Position numbers and translations under genes: made by a program. The notes beneath the pieces are model-generated. The model was not told the DNA's origin and did no database searches. It worked only from the letters and a program-made list of their open reading frames with translations. Positions 10,115 to 19,994 of a stretch of DNA of 33,404 nucleotides are shown piece by piece (position 1 is the stretch's first letter; the number at the start of each line of letters is the position of its first letter). The DNA is taken from the NCBI RefSeq assembly GCF_004010195.1, contig NW_025214432.1, forward strand, positions 1 through 33,404. Reading direction: 5' to 3'. Origin of the DNA: Chiloscyllium plagiosum. Taxonomy: Eukaryota.

Positions 10115-10769
10115 GATACCAGTTGAAAGATTTGTTGAGTGATCCATATGTACTAAGGCTCTGCCCCTTTTGTACACAGACGAAAATGCCATCATTACTC
10201 CTCAAGTTAATATGGGAACTCATTCTCAAACCTTTTATTCTCACTGAACAGCTACCTACAAGTTTCTTTCTGTTCAGTACCTATCTTTTCTCTGGTGATG
10301 TGACGTTCTTTCTCGAAACTTAAGTTTTCCCATGTTCCTTGTATTTCATTTTTTTTACATCAGAATCTTGTAAACCTTGCTCAGTGACATCGAGCTCTCG
10401 GAATTCGAGTTAGAAGCAACTGGGACAGATATTGCTGACTTGCTGTGTCAGTGTTTCTACAGCAGCAGTGCTCACCAGGTCCTTTCAGCACACCTCAGCC
10501 TGACTTTCTCCAGCTTTTCCTTCTGTTTCTCACTTTGTGTTTCCTATTCCCGAAAGCCCCACTTGGCTCTCTCTTGTGATTGCATGAAATTCAGAACTTT
10601 AATAACTTTTCATGGATTGAAAGAAACAGCAGTAACTCTTTCAGGAATAAACTGGTTCCTGAGGTGAGAGGGACAAGGAGAAACTGGCATAGAGGAATTA
10701 AAAGCAACGTGTTCATTTACCATCCTGGGAAGGAGAAATTGAAACAACATGAACAAGCTGTTTCTTGGG

Positions 10770-11050
10770 AAGAGGAGTATGACATTCAGTCCCTGGAACC
10801 TGTTCTGACATTTGATGAGATCATGACTGACCTGTGGCCTTAATCCATCTATCTGCCTTTGACCATGTCCCTTAATTTTTTTGACTAACAACAATCAATT
10901 TCAGATTTAAAACTAACAACTGATTTACCACCAACTGCCACATGTGGAAGTGAACACCTACCACACTGTGGGTGTTGAAATGTTTCCAAACATTACACCT
11001 GAACTGTCTGGCCCTAAATTTTCAATGATGCCTTTTTGTATTACATCCGA
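10770..11050 (-). mobile_element. CR1 3'-end fragment
   Basis: GGAGTATGACATTCAGTCCCTGGAACCTGTTCTG.CATTTGATGAGATCATGACTGA...TCAGATTTAAAACTAACAACTGA. Confidence 0.7.
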
Positions 11051-11119
11051 GAGTCTCCTGTTGGTTTCAATGTGAACATGAGATTTAAGAACAGGAATAG
11101 ATTATTTTGCTTCTGAAAC

Positions 11120-11582
11120 GTGCAGATCCAACGACATTGAAAGGACATCCACCCTGACCAGGGACATTGCACCCATGAAAGGACAGGCATAGACAACATG
11201 TCACCGAATTCAGGATTAACCCGGTCGTTCCCGTGAATGTGGGGTGGGAGCCACCGGTGACGATTGTTGTCTTTGTTGGCACTCTGGGCACTGCCCACCA
11301 ATGCAGCTATGTCAGTATCCAACCCTGGACACAAGATATAGCTTCTTCCCAGTATATCTTGGAAACCATTGTATGACCCTAGTTGATTTCAGCCTGTATC
11401 TGGTGGTGACCTTTGCCTGGGACAGTCAATCTTGCTCCCCAGTATGTCACCCTCTGCAGTGATCTGGTCTGGTGGGAGCACAAAGGTTTCAACCCGGGCT
11501 GTTGGCCCTTCCATTTTCCCCATTCCCACAAGCTGTTTTAGCCTTGCTAGGACAGAGTCTTTCTGTGTCCACAGTCTCTGTG
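11120..11582 (-). mobile_element. Gypsy (K02A2.6/Mag-like) pol relic: integrase HHCC region and start of core
   Basis: Frame-hopping translation: RLWTQKDSVLARLKQLV..DQITAEGDIL/WGARLTVPGKGHHQIQAEIN*GH..RSYILCPGLDTDIAALVG/QCPECQQ..HVVYACPFMGAMSLVRVD. Confidence 0.8.
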
Positions 11583-12109
11583 TAACCCGCCGTCATTCCT
11601 CATGGAAAGACGTCCAACACATATTCTGGAGATGGCTGAGGTTGTAGTCTCAGGGAGGGAGGGAGGAGAGGCTTCCAGTAAGAGAGAGAAAGTTTGAGAG
11701 ACAGGGAGAGACAGGTATAAAGTGAGTGTGACAGAGTAAGAGAGGGAAGAGGAATTATCACACAGATACAAAGACGAGTCAAGGGATGACACGGAGAGAT
11801 TAAGGAGGTGAGAGTCATCTGTCCAGATGGCCCCAGGTGTCTCGATGGTCTCTCACACCCACTCTCTCCAATTAGGGACAGACCCTGCTCCAGGGTCTTG
11901 CTTTAGGAGAGCTGTTCAGGGAGGGAGGGAGGTTAAAGGATCAAATCCAGGATTGAGATTCAAATTCTCACACAGAGACAAGCAGAAGCACACAGATAGT
12001 TCCTCCCTCCGACACTGCGCCCACCCCCGATCCCAGCCTCTTGCTCGGTCCACAGGGTGAAAGGGACAATCACTGCCAGAACTTGGCTGGCATACCCCCA
12101 GGTCTGTAA

Positions 12110-14585
12110 CTCAAAAACCCTCCTAATTTCAAAGGCCCCATCACTTCATGTCAGAATATTCATTCAAAGGGAGTAAACTGAGTCAATTTGTTTGAGGCAT
12201 CTCTAATGGCAAACAATATGAATGGGATGCCTTTGTCCCAATCATTCGGATAATCCTGACAGCTCGCTGCTAACATGGTCTTCAGGGTCTGAGACCACCT
12301 TTCCAAGGCTCCCTGGGATTCAGGACGGTACACACTTGATTCTCAGTGTTGTATGCCTAACCTGTCCATGACTTCCTGAAACAGCCAAGCAGTAAAATTA
12401 AACCCTGGGTCTGATTTTATCTCTCTGGGGATCCCATACCGCATCAAGAAAGCTCCCAACCCCTCCACCACCCTTTTTGCCCTAACATTTCGGAATGGAA
12501 TTGCCTCTGGAACTCTAGTAGACACATCCGTTATGGTTAGAAAGTACTGCTTCACACTTTTAGTTTTGGTTTGTGGATGTCTACCTGCACATTAATTATA
12601 ACCAGCGTGAAAGGTTCTTCAAATGTAGGAATTCCTAACAAAGGTGCTGGTTTTATTACTGTCTGGTTTTAGGGAGGGGACCTGCACAATAAATCATAAC
12701 CTGTGTGAAAGCTCTTCGAATGCAGGAATTCCCAACAAAGGTGCTGGTGTTATTACTGTCTGTCCCTTCCCTCCCATGTGTGACATGTACGGCAAAATAT
12801 AAACACATGCTTATACAGACCAGGCCGAAAGAGGTGCTTTTGTATCTGAGCCTGAGTCCTCCTCACCCCTCAGTGGCTTCCTACTTGTAACTAATGTGCT
12901 CCCCGTAATACTTCCTGTCTGGATGCTCCCAGCAACACAATCCGGTGCATTTCCACCCATTTCTCCTCTGCACTCACATGGTGTTGACTCCATTTTGATC
13001 TCAGGGTTCTGCCCTTTTGATAATAACGGCTGGGAATACAGACTGGTTCCTTTTCTGAGTATGCTCACCTCTCAGGACGAAACCCCTCAGCCTGACCCCA
13101 AAGTGTCAGCTAACTGAGCCTTCGGCTTTCTCTTTAGTTTTTTTCCTTCTGGCTGTAACTTATGACACTTATATCTGTTACTGACAAAGTCTGGAAAATC
13201 TCCAGGTCATTTTCCTTTAACTCCTCAGTTCCCTGGATTTTCCTTTGGCTTCTCCACCACAAGGGGCGTTATTTCCCCAGTGCTGATTTGACTCTCCAAC
13301 CTGATCTGAGACAGAGGAACGTTACATTTCTGTCCATCTATTCCACAAATGATCACTCTCGGGTAACCTGTCTGAAAGAATGTGAATACTATTACTCGGG
13401 TAACCTGTCTGAAAGAGTGCAAATACTGTCATCTCTTTACTATTACAGACTGATGACCTCCCATATCACTCAAAGTTGTCACATCTTTCCCTTCTCCCCC
13501 TGTTCTTCCTGAGTAAACCTGACCCACAGAGGTGAAGTCTTTATAGAGATCGGGCACTAACCCAATACCCAGCCCCTGCCTGGGCTGTGCTCTCTCCTGC
13601 AGCTCCTCGGCCTTTCCTGAGGTTTCCTTTATTACTTTCATTAATCCCACTGGTTTAGCCTCTTTCACCACATCTTTTCCCACAACCACCAGCACTGGGA
13701 CCTTATGTGTCCCACCTTCTGACAGTGAAAACACCTTTTCCCAGGGCCCTTCTTAAACTATCAACACTGTAACTGCATGTGTCCCACTCTATTAGAGTCA
13801 AACACCTGAAGCCTTTCAACTGCTTTCCACCCCCTTTGGCTTCTTTTTGCTCCTGAGGGAAACTATTCCCAGTGTGATTTACTCGACTTTTTTCAGTGAA
13901 AGATCTCCCATTCTTCCAATTTCTATCCATCATGGGAAGAAATTCCTTTTGGAAGCCGAATTTTGCCAAATGCACCAATACATATTCATCTGCCATCTCT
14001 GCTGCTCCTCACATTTTGTGAACTTTCTGTCCATCCACATGAATTCTGATCATCTCTCCCAGTGAGTTTACAAACCCCTCCAGCAGAATAATCTCTCAGA
14101 GCCTGATATATCTTATCTGCTTTTCGGGTACACACCCATCCATTAGGATTACTGTGTTTAATTCTTTTGAACTCAATGTAAGTCTGACCAGGTTCCTTCT
14201 TTATGTTTCTGAACCGCTGTTGAAATGCTTCTGGTACCAATTCAGATGCTCTCAGAATAGTCTGTGTGACATCTGTATAATCTCTTGACCCCCCATCTGA
14301 CAGCCCTGCACACACTTCACCAGCTCTGCCCCCCAGCTCAGTCTGAACTAGCATTACCCACAAGCTCTCTGGCCACTCCATCTTCCCACACAATTTTTCA
14401 AATGAAATAAACAAGGCTTCATCATATTTCTCATCAAAATACGGCAACTTTAAAAATATTTGCATACATCACGACCTGCTCTCTTCATTTCCATCCTGTC
14501 AACTTGACCTTCCTCACTAATTTGCAACTTCTGAAGTTCAAATTCTCTCTCTCTTCTCTCGCTCTCTTCGCTCAGCTGAGAACAT
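12110..14585 (-). mobile_element. Gmr1-like Gypsy internal fragment: SCAN-like gag, zinc knuckle, protease, integrase; no LTRs seen
   Basis: Gag LPYFDEKYDEALFISFEK..WPESLW..ILRASELVPEAFQQRFR (13986-14465); knuckle relic near 13770-13815; protease relic TLSDMGGHQSVI; integrase FCRTCHT, DVSTRVPEAIP, EIKSDPGFNFT, PESQGALERW. Confidence 0.85.
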
Positions 14586-14591
14586 TCTCTG

Positions 14592-15220
14592 GTAAAAACA
14601 AGGACTGCAGATGCTGGAAACCAGAGTCGAGATGAGAGTGGTGCTGGAAAAGCACAGCAAGTCAGGCAGCATCCGAGGAGCAGGAAAATCAATGTGTTGG
14701 GCAAAAGCCCTTCATCAGGAATAGAGGCGAGGTCCCTGCAGAGTGGAGAGATAAATGAGAGGGGGATGGGGGATGGTAGAATACAGTACTACAGGTGAAT
14801 GGAGGTGGGGATGGAGTTGATAGGTCAGAGAGGAGGGTGGGGGATGGTAGCAAAGAGTACAGTGGGTGAATGGGGGTGGGGATGGAGGTGGTAGGTCAGA
14901 GAGGAGAGTGGAGTGGATAGGTGGAAAGGAAGATGAGGCGTTCTTCCACATTGATGCCGTGGGGTTGAATCCACCGCCGCTCCCTCACCACCCGACGTTT
15001 CGAGCACAGCCTTGTGGCCCAACATTTCAACTCCCTCTCCCACTCTGCTGAGGACATGCAAGTCCTGGGCCTCCACCACCGCCGCTCCCTCACCACCCGA
15101 CGCTTGAAGGAAGAACGCCTCATCTTCCGCCTCGGAACACTTCAACCCCATGGCATCAATGTGGACTTCAACAGTTTCCTCATTTCCACATCCCCCACCT
15201 CACCCCAGTTCCAACCTGCA
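14592..15220. mobile_element. Penelope-like element composite: inverted terminal piece (14592-14930, minus) plus GIY-YIG C-terminal piece (~15005-15220, plus)
   Basis: ORF 15014 (VAQHFNSLSHSAEDMQVLGL..RRLKEERLIFRLGTLQPHGINVDF) matches the PLE GIY-YIG C-terminal pattern. The minus arm has CTGATGAAGGGCTTTTGCCC and GATGCTGCCTGACTTGCTGTGCTTTTCCAGCA terminal sequence. Confidence 0.8.
14685..14722 (-). ncRNA. Decayed minimal hammerhead ribozyme in a PLE terminal repeat
   Basis: CTGATGA-A-GGGC-TTTT-GCCC is intact, but is followed by AACACATT where GAAACGTC is expected. Confidence 0.6.
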
Positions 15221-15224
15221 TTGT

Positions 15225-15622
15225 TATCTCACTTTTTAGGTTAGAATCAGGTCATCGACAGAGAACACAGGGGGCTAACACCTTCAACATATTGTCTAGC
15301 TATCACCATTGTTAACAGCTAACCCGAGAATGCAACTTTAAAAAAAACGGTTTTGTGATTTATACATGAAAGAAGTGAAACTATCACTGTATTCTAACAG
15401 ATGAAAGGCTGAACAGACAATCAATTTTTCAATGTATAATTTCAGTTACATCACACTGCAAATTTTTGCTATAAATTTTGTGTTACGACCGAGCCCTCCA
15501 CAGTCACCTGATGAAGGAGCGTCGCTCCGAAAGCTAGTGTGTTTCCAATTAAACCTGTTGGACTATAACCTGGTTTTTTAACTTTGCGCACCCCAGTCCA
15601 ACACCGGCATCTCCAAATCATG
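15225..15622 (+). mobile_element. Second Penelope-like family 3'-terminal (pLTR) fragment
   Basis: Contains a hammerhead core followed by ATTAAA CCTGTTGGACTATAACCTGG...CCCCAGTCCAACACCGGCATCTCC. Confidence 0.7.
15505..15539 (+). ncRNA. Minimal type I hammerhead ribozyme motif with intact core
   Basis: CAC(15505-07), CTGATGA(15508-14), A, GGAGC/GTC/GCTCC stem II (15516-28), GAAA(15529-32), GCT-A(15536), GTG(15537-39) pairing with CAC; palindromic AGCT stem III. Confidence 0.75.
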
Positions 15623-15625
15623 ACG

Positions 15626-16218
15626 ACATTAAAGCTGTAATTCAATCTCCAACCTCAGGGGGGAGTCACCCTACATTAAAGCTGTAATTCAATCTCCAAC
15701 CTCAGGGGGGAGTCACCCTACATTAAAGCTGTAGTTCAATCCCCAACCTCAGGGGGGAGTCACCCTACATTAAAGCTGTAATTCAATCCCCCAACCTCAG
15801 GGGAGAGTCACCCTACATTAAAGCTGTAATTCAGTCACCAACCTCAGGGGGGAGTCACCCTACATTAAAGCTGTAATTCAATTCCCCCAACCTCAGGGGG
15901 GAGTCACCCTACATTAAAGCTGTAATTCAATCCCCAACCTCAGGGGGGAGTCACCCTACATTAAAGCTGTAATTCAATCCCCCAACCTCAGGGGAGAGTC
16001 ACCCGACATTAAAGCTGTAATTCAATCCCCCAACCTCAGGAGAGAGTCACCCTCCATTAAAGCTGTAATTCAGTCACCAACCTCAGGGGTGAGTCACCCT
16101 ACATTAAAGCTGTAATTCAATCCCCCAACCTCAGGGGGTAGTCACCCTACATTAAAGCTGTAATTCAATCCCCAACCTCAGGGGGGAGTCACCCTATATT
16201 AAAGCTGTAATTAAATCC
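15626..16218 (+). repeat. ~47-bp minisatellite, about 12.5 units
   Basis: Same unit as 17-303 but more homogeneous; units start 15626, 15673, 15720, 15767 ... Confidence 0.95.
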
Positions 16219-16490
16219 TTACGAGAACACAACATTGTCGGCAGATTTTTTTCTTTCAGGAGCCAGTAAAAATATCTGATGCTAATTCGACATTGAATTA
16301 TTCACTAAACTTTAAGAAACCAGCCTGTCCCACATTGAGTGAGAAGCCCATACTCCATCACCAAATGTTTAGGCTGTTTCTAAATGCTTTTCCATCCTTT
16401 ACGTCATGAATTCTTTCTGTAGGATTTCAGATAAAAGGGGAAATAAAATATTTTTCTTTATTTGCATTCGGGGACCAGCTATCTTCCACA

Positions 16491-16737
16491 GGCTGCACGG
16501 TGGCTCAGTGCTGTCTCATAGTGTCATGACCTGGGTTCAATTCCAGCCTCGGGCGACAGTCTGTGTGGAGTTTGCACATCCTCCCCGTGTCTGCGTGGGT
16601 TTCCTCCGGGTGTTCCGGTTTCATTCCACAATCCAAAGATGTGTAGGTTAGATGAATGGGTTTGGGTGGGTTACTCTTCGGAGGGTCGGTGTGGACTTGT
16701 TGGGCCAATGGGACTGTTTCCACACTGTGGGGATTCT
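16491..16737 (+). mobile_element. HE1-type SINE (paralog of 619-873)
   Basis: Same position in the block and same internal deletion; additional deletion in the A-box region. Confidence 0.85.
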
Positions 16738-17371
16738 GGGATACTGGAGTCCCATCAGAGGATATTCCACGACACTAACTGGGGAAGGTATTCCAAACAA
16801 CAAGGACTGTAGGGGAACATGTGACATTGTTAACAGTACGTCTACCAATCCTGGTTCAGGCCAGTCTCCAATGCTGACTGTGCTTCAGACACTTCAATCA
16901 GTCTGTGTATTAAAACAAAAACTTTACCCGAAGGTATTGTCAGTGATGCAGACAAAGGGAAACTGAATTTGATTTGTGTTACAAGTCGATTTTATTCACA
17001 AAGTAAACACTGCGATGTGAATAATTCCCAAATTCCCACAATATTTACTCTCTGCATAGCTCTATCCATCTGTGAAAGGATATTAGCTGCAATGATCCAC
17101 ATGTTTGAGCTGGGCCGTTGGAATCTCCTTCCTCTCCGACCGAGGGCTGGTTCTCTCCCACGAAGGTGGGTCTCCCTGTCAGGGCAGATCTTTCCTGGGC
17201 CTTATTGGGTTGCTTCATGGTCTTCTCCCAGGAGTCTTGATGTCAACCTTCACTGAGGGTGTGCCTTCCAGGTGGGTATTTTGATTCCCCTCATCCTGGA
17301 CCTTCCACAATATTCCATGGTCCTTGGTCAGTGAAGCCATGAATGAGGTTCCAAGTTTCCAATAGAGTCTC

Positions 17372-18351
17372 NNNNNNNNNNNNNNNNNNNNNNNNNNNNN
17401 NNNNNNNNNNNNNNNNNNNNNNNNNNNNNNNNNNNNNNNNNNNNNNNNNNNNNNNNNNNNNNNNNNNNNNNNNNNNNNNNNNNNNNNNNNNNNNNNNNNN
17501 NNNNNNNNNNNNNNNNNNNNNNNNNNNNNNNNNNNNNNNNNNNNNNNNNNNNNNNNNNNNNNNNNNNNNNNNNNNNNNNNNNNNNNNNNNNNNNNNNNNN
17601 NNNNNNNNNNNNNNNNNNNNNNNNNNNNNNNNNNNNNNNNNNNNNNNNNNNNNNNNNNNNNNNNNNNNNNNNNNNNNNNNNNNNNNNNNNNNNNNNNNNN
17701 NNNNNNNNNNNNNNNNNNNNNNNNNNNNNNNNNNNNNNNNNNNNNNNNNNNNNNNNNNNNNNNNNNNNNNNNNNNNNNNNNNNNNNNNNNNNNNNNNNNN
17801 NNNNNNNNNNNNNNNNNNNNNNNNNNNNNNNNNNNNNNNNNNNNNNNNNNNNNNNNNNNNNNNNNNNNNNNNNNNNNNNNNNNNNNNNNNNNNNNNNNNN
17901 NNNNNNNNNNNNNNNNNNNNNNNNNNNNNNNNNNNNNNNNNNNNNNNNNNNNNNNNNNNNNNNNNNNNNNNNNNNNNNNNNNNNNNNNNNNNNNNNNNNN
18001 NNNNNNNNNNNNNNNNNNNNNNNNNNNNNNNNNNNNNNNNNNNNNNNNNNNNNNNNNNNNNNNNNNNNNNNNNNNNNNNNNNNNNNNNNNNNNNNNNNNN
18101 NNNNNNNNNNNNNNNNNNNNNNNNNNNNNNNNNNNNNNNNNNNNNNNNNNNNNNNNNNNNNNNNNNNNNNNNNNNNNNNNNNNNNNNNNNNNNNNNNNNN
18201 NNNNNNNNNNNNNNNNNNNNNNNNNNNNNNNNNNNNNNNNNNNNNNNNNNNNNNNNNNNNNNNNNNNNNNNNNNNNNNNNNNNNNNNNNNNNNNNNNNNN
18301 NNNNNNNNNNNNNNNNNNNNNNNNNNNNNNNNNNNNNNNNNNNNNNNNNNN
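17372..18351. other. Assembly gap (980 N)
   Basis: N run; its flanks correspond to copy-1 positions 1509 and 2926. Confidence 1.
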
Positions 18352-18583
18352 AAAATCTGCAATTAAGAATCTAATGATGACCATGAAACATTGTCAATTG
18401 TCGGAAAACCCCGCCTGGTTCACTCATGTCTTTTAAGGAAGGAAATTGCCATCCTTACCTGGTCTGTCCTACATGTGACCCCAGACACACAGCAACGTGG
18501 GTTACTCTTAACTGCCCTCTGGCCATTTTGTGAAGTGCAATAAATGGTGCCTGGGCGGCGATGCCCTCATCCTGGGAATGAAT
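18352..18583 (+). mobile_element. SacSINE1-like SINE (paralog of 2846-3158; 5' part in the gap)
   Basis: Matches 2926-3158. Confidence 0.75.
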
Positions 18584-19084
18584 ATGAGGCAGTTAAAGGG
18601 GCTGGTACATCAGGAGCATGGGAAACAGGGTGAACTGACTTCCCGTGCTCTCCTCTATCAACACGATATATCTGCGATCCCATCGACCGAAAATGCTCTA
18701 AAAGCAGCATCCACCATCCGTTATTCCCACTCAATGAAAATAACAATATAATCCTCTTCCACAGTGAGATGTTCAGGTCTCTATTTCGATTTCTAAGGCT
18801 CACGATGCAAATGTCCAACTGATGCACTAATTAACAACTGAAGATGGTAACAGAGTAACAGGTCTGCGTGGGGGGTGCTTGAGCCCAAGGCCCATTCTTT
18901 CATTCTCTTCCTTCCTTCTGTATGCCCGATGATGTAACATCTAAGTCGTGGCACCAAGACCGCCCTCCCAATAGTTTGGGACCAGCGGTAGCAGCAATGG
19001 TGGCAAAGCTTCTCCAGCAATCAGAGGCAGCGGCTGTGGGGTTTTCAGGATGGCAGTGTACGCAAGTCGCCATCTTGGAGGAGA

Positions 19085-19883
19085 GTGTCGCATTCCAGTC
19101 GCATTTCGATTGGTCACACTACTCGATGTTCAGAAAAACACACAATCTTTACAGGAAAACTAAAATAGAGATAAAATAACAAGGAAAGATTTGGCTGAAT
19201 TGTAACACTATCTAAAGGCTTAACAATACATATATTAACTACAATAATTAAATCTTCCAATATTCAGAACAGAAATGCGGAGACATTTCTTCAGCCAGAG
19301 AGTGGTGGGCCTGTGGAATTCATTGCCACGGAGTGCAGTGGAAGCCGGGACGCTAAATGTCTTCAAGGCCGAGATTGATAGATTCTTGTTGTCTCGAGGA
19401 ATTAAGGGCTACGGGAGAACGCTGGTAAGTGGAGCTGAAATGCGCATCAGCCATGATTGAATGGCGGAGTGGACACGATGAGCCGAATGGCCTAACTTCC
19501 ACTCCGATGTCTTATGGTCTAATATAGAAATTTCCCATAAACACAACCTGAAGAAAAGCAAATTCAGAAAACCAATTATCTCCCATGACAAACTCCAACC
19601 CAGGAGATAAACACCAAGAGAAAACTCAGAGAGAGAGGAGCACGGAGAGATGTACTGCAGCTTCCAAACCCAGCTTCAAGACCCCAGCGACTGCAGCTGA
19701 AAAGTAAAACTAAATATCTCGGTTCTGTCGGAGCCTGACCCCAACCATTCAGGCTGCTTCTGTTGGTCGAAATTAAAGAAAACCCATGGCCTCACAAGCT
19801 GCTCAAAACGTCTAACTCCAATTTTCTTCAAATAAAAACCCAGAACAATATACAGCTCTCCGAGCCATAGTATCATTATAACA
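19085..19883 (-). mobile_element. Truncated LTR fragment (paralog of 3628-4164) interrupted by a CR1 insertion
   Basis: Matches 3628-4164 apart from 19264-19520. Confidence 0.5.
19264..19520 (+). mobile_element. 5'-truncated CR1 insertion specific to copy 2, with AATAT target-site duplication
   Basis: ORF MRRHFFSQRVVGLWNSLP..GTLNVFKAEIDRFL, 3' UTR and TCTTATGGTCT tail; AATAT at 19259-19263 and 19521-19525; empty site at ~3803-3807. Confidence 0.9.
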
Positions 19884-19994
19884 TCCAGTACCGAGCTCCC
19901 ACCCAGTTTGAGGAGCTTACCATGACCTCACTGGGGCCGCAGCAGATCACCTCCCTTTCTATCTTTGAGCAGGGCTCAGCCACTCACATTGGCA

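Noticed and set aside
9861..10142. Pro-rich ORFs (also 25255-25641)
   Set aside because: Translations of the C-rich 38-bp minisatellite.
11650..11820. Purine-rich (GA/GACA) tract
   Set aside because: Low-complexity decayed microsatellite with no further structure.
15626..16218. 47-bp periodic array resembling a CRISPR array (also 17-303)
   Set aside because: The whole unit repeats with no unique spacers, there are no cas genes, and the context is vertebrate. It is a minisatellite.
17215..18384. Long ORFs of 343-389 aa
   Set aside because: Artefacts of translating the N-gap.
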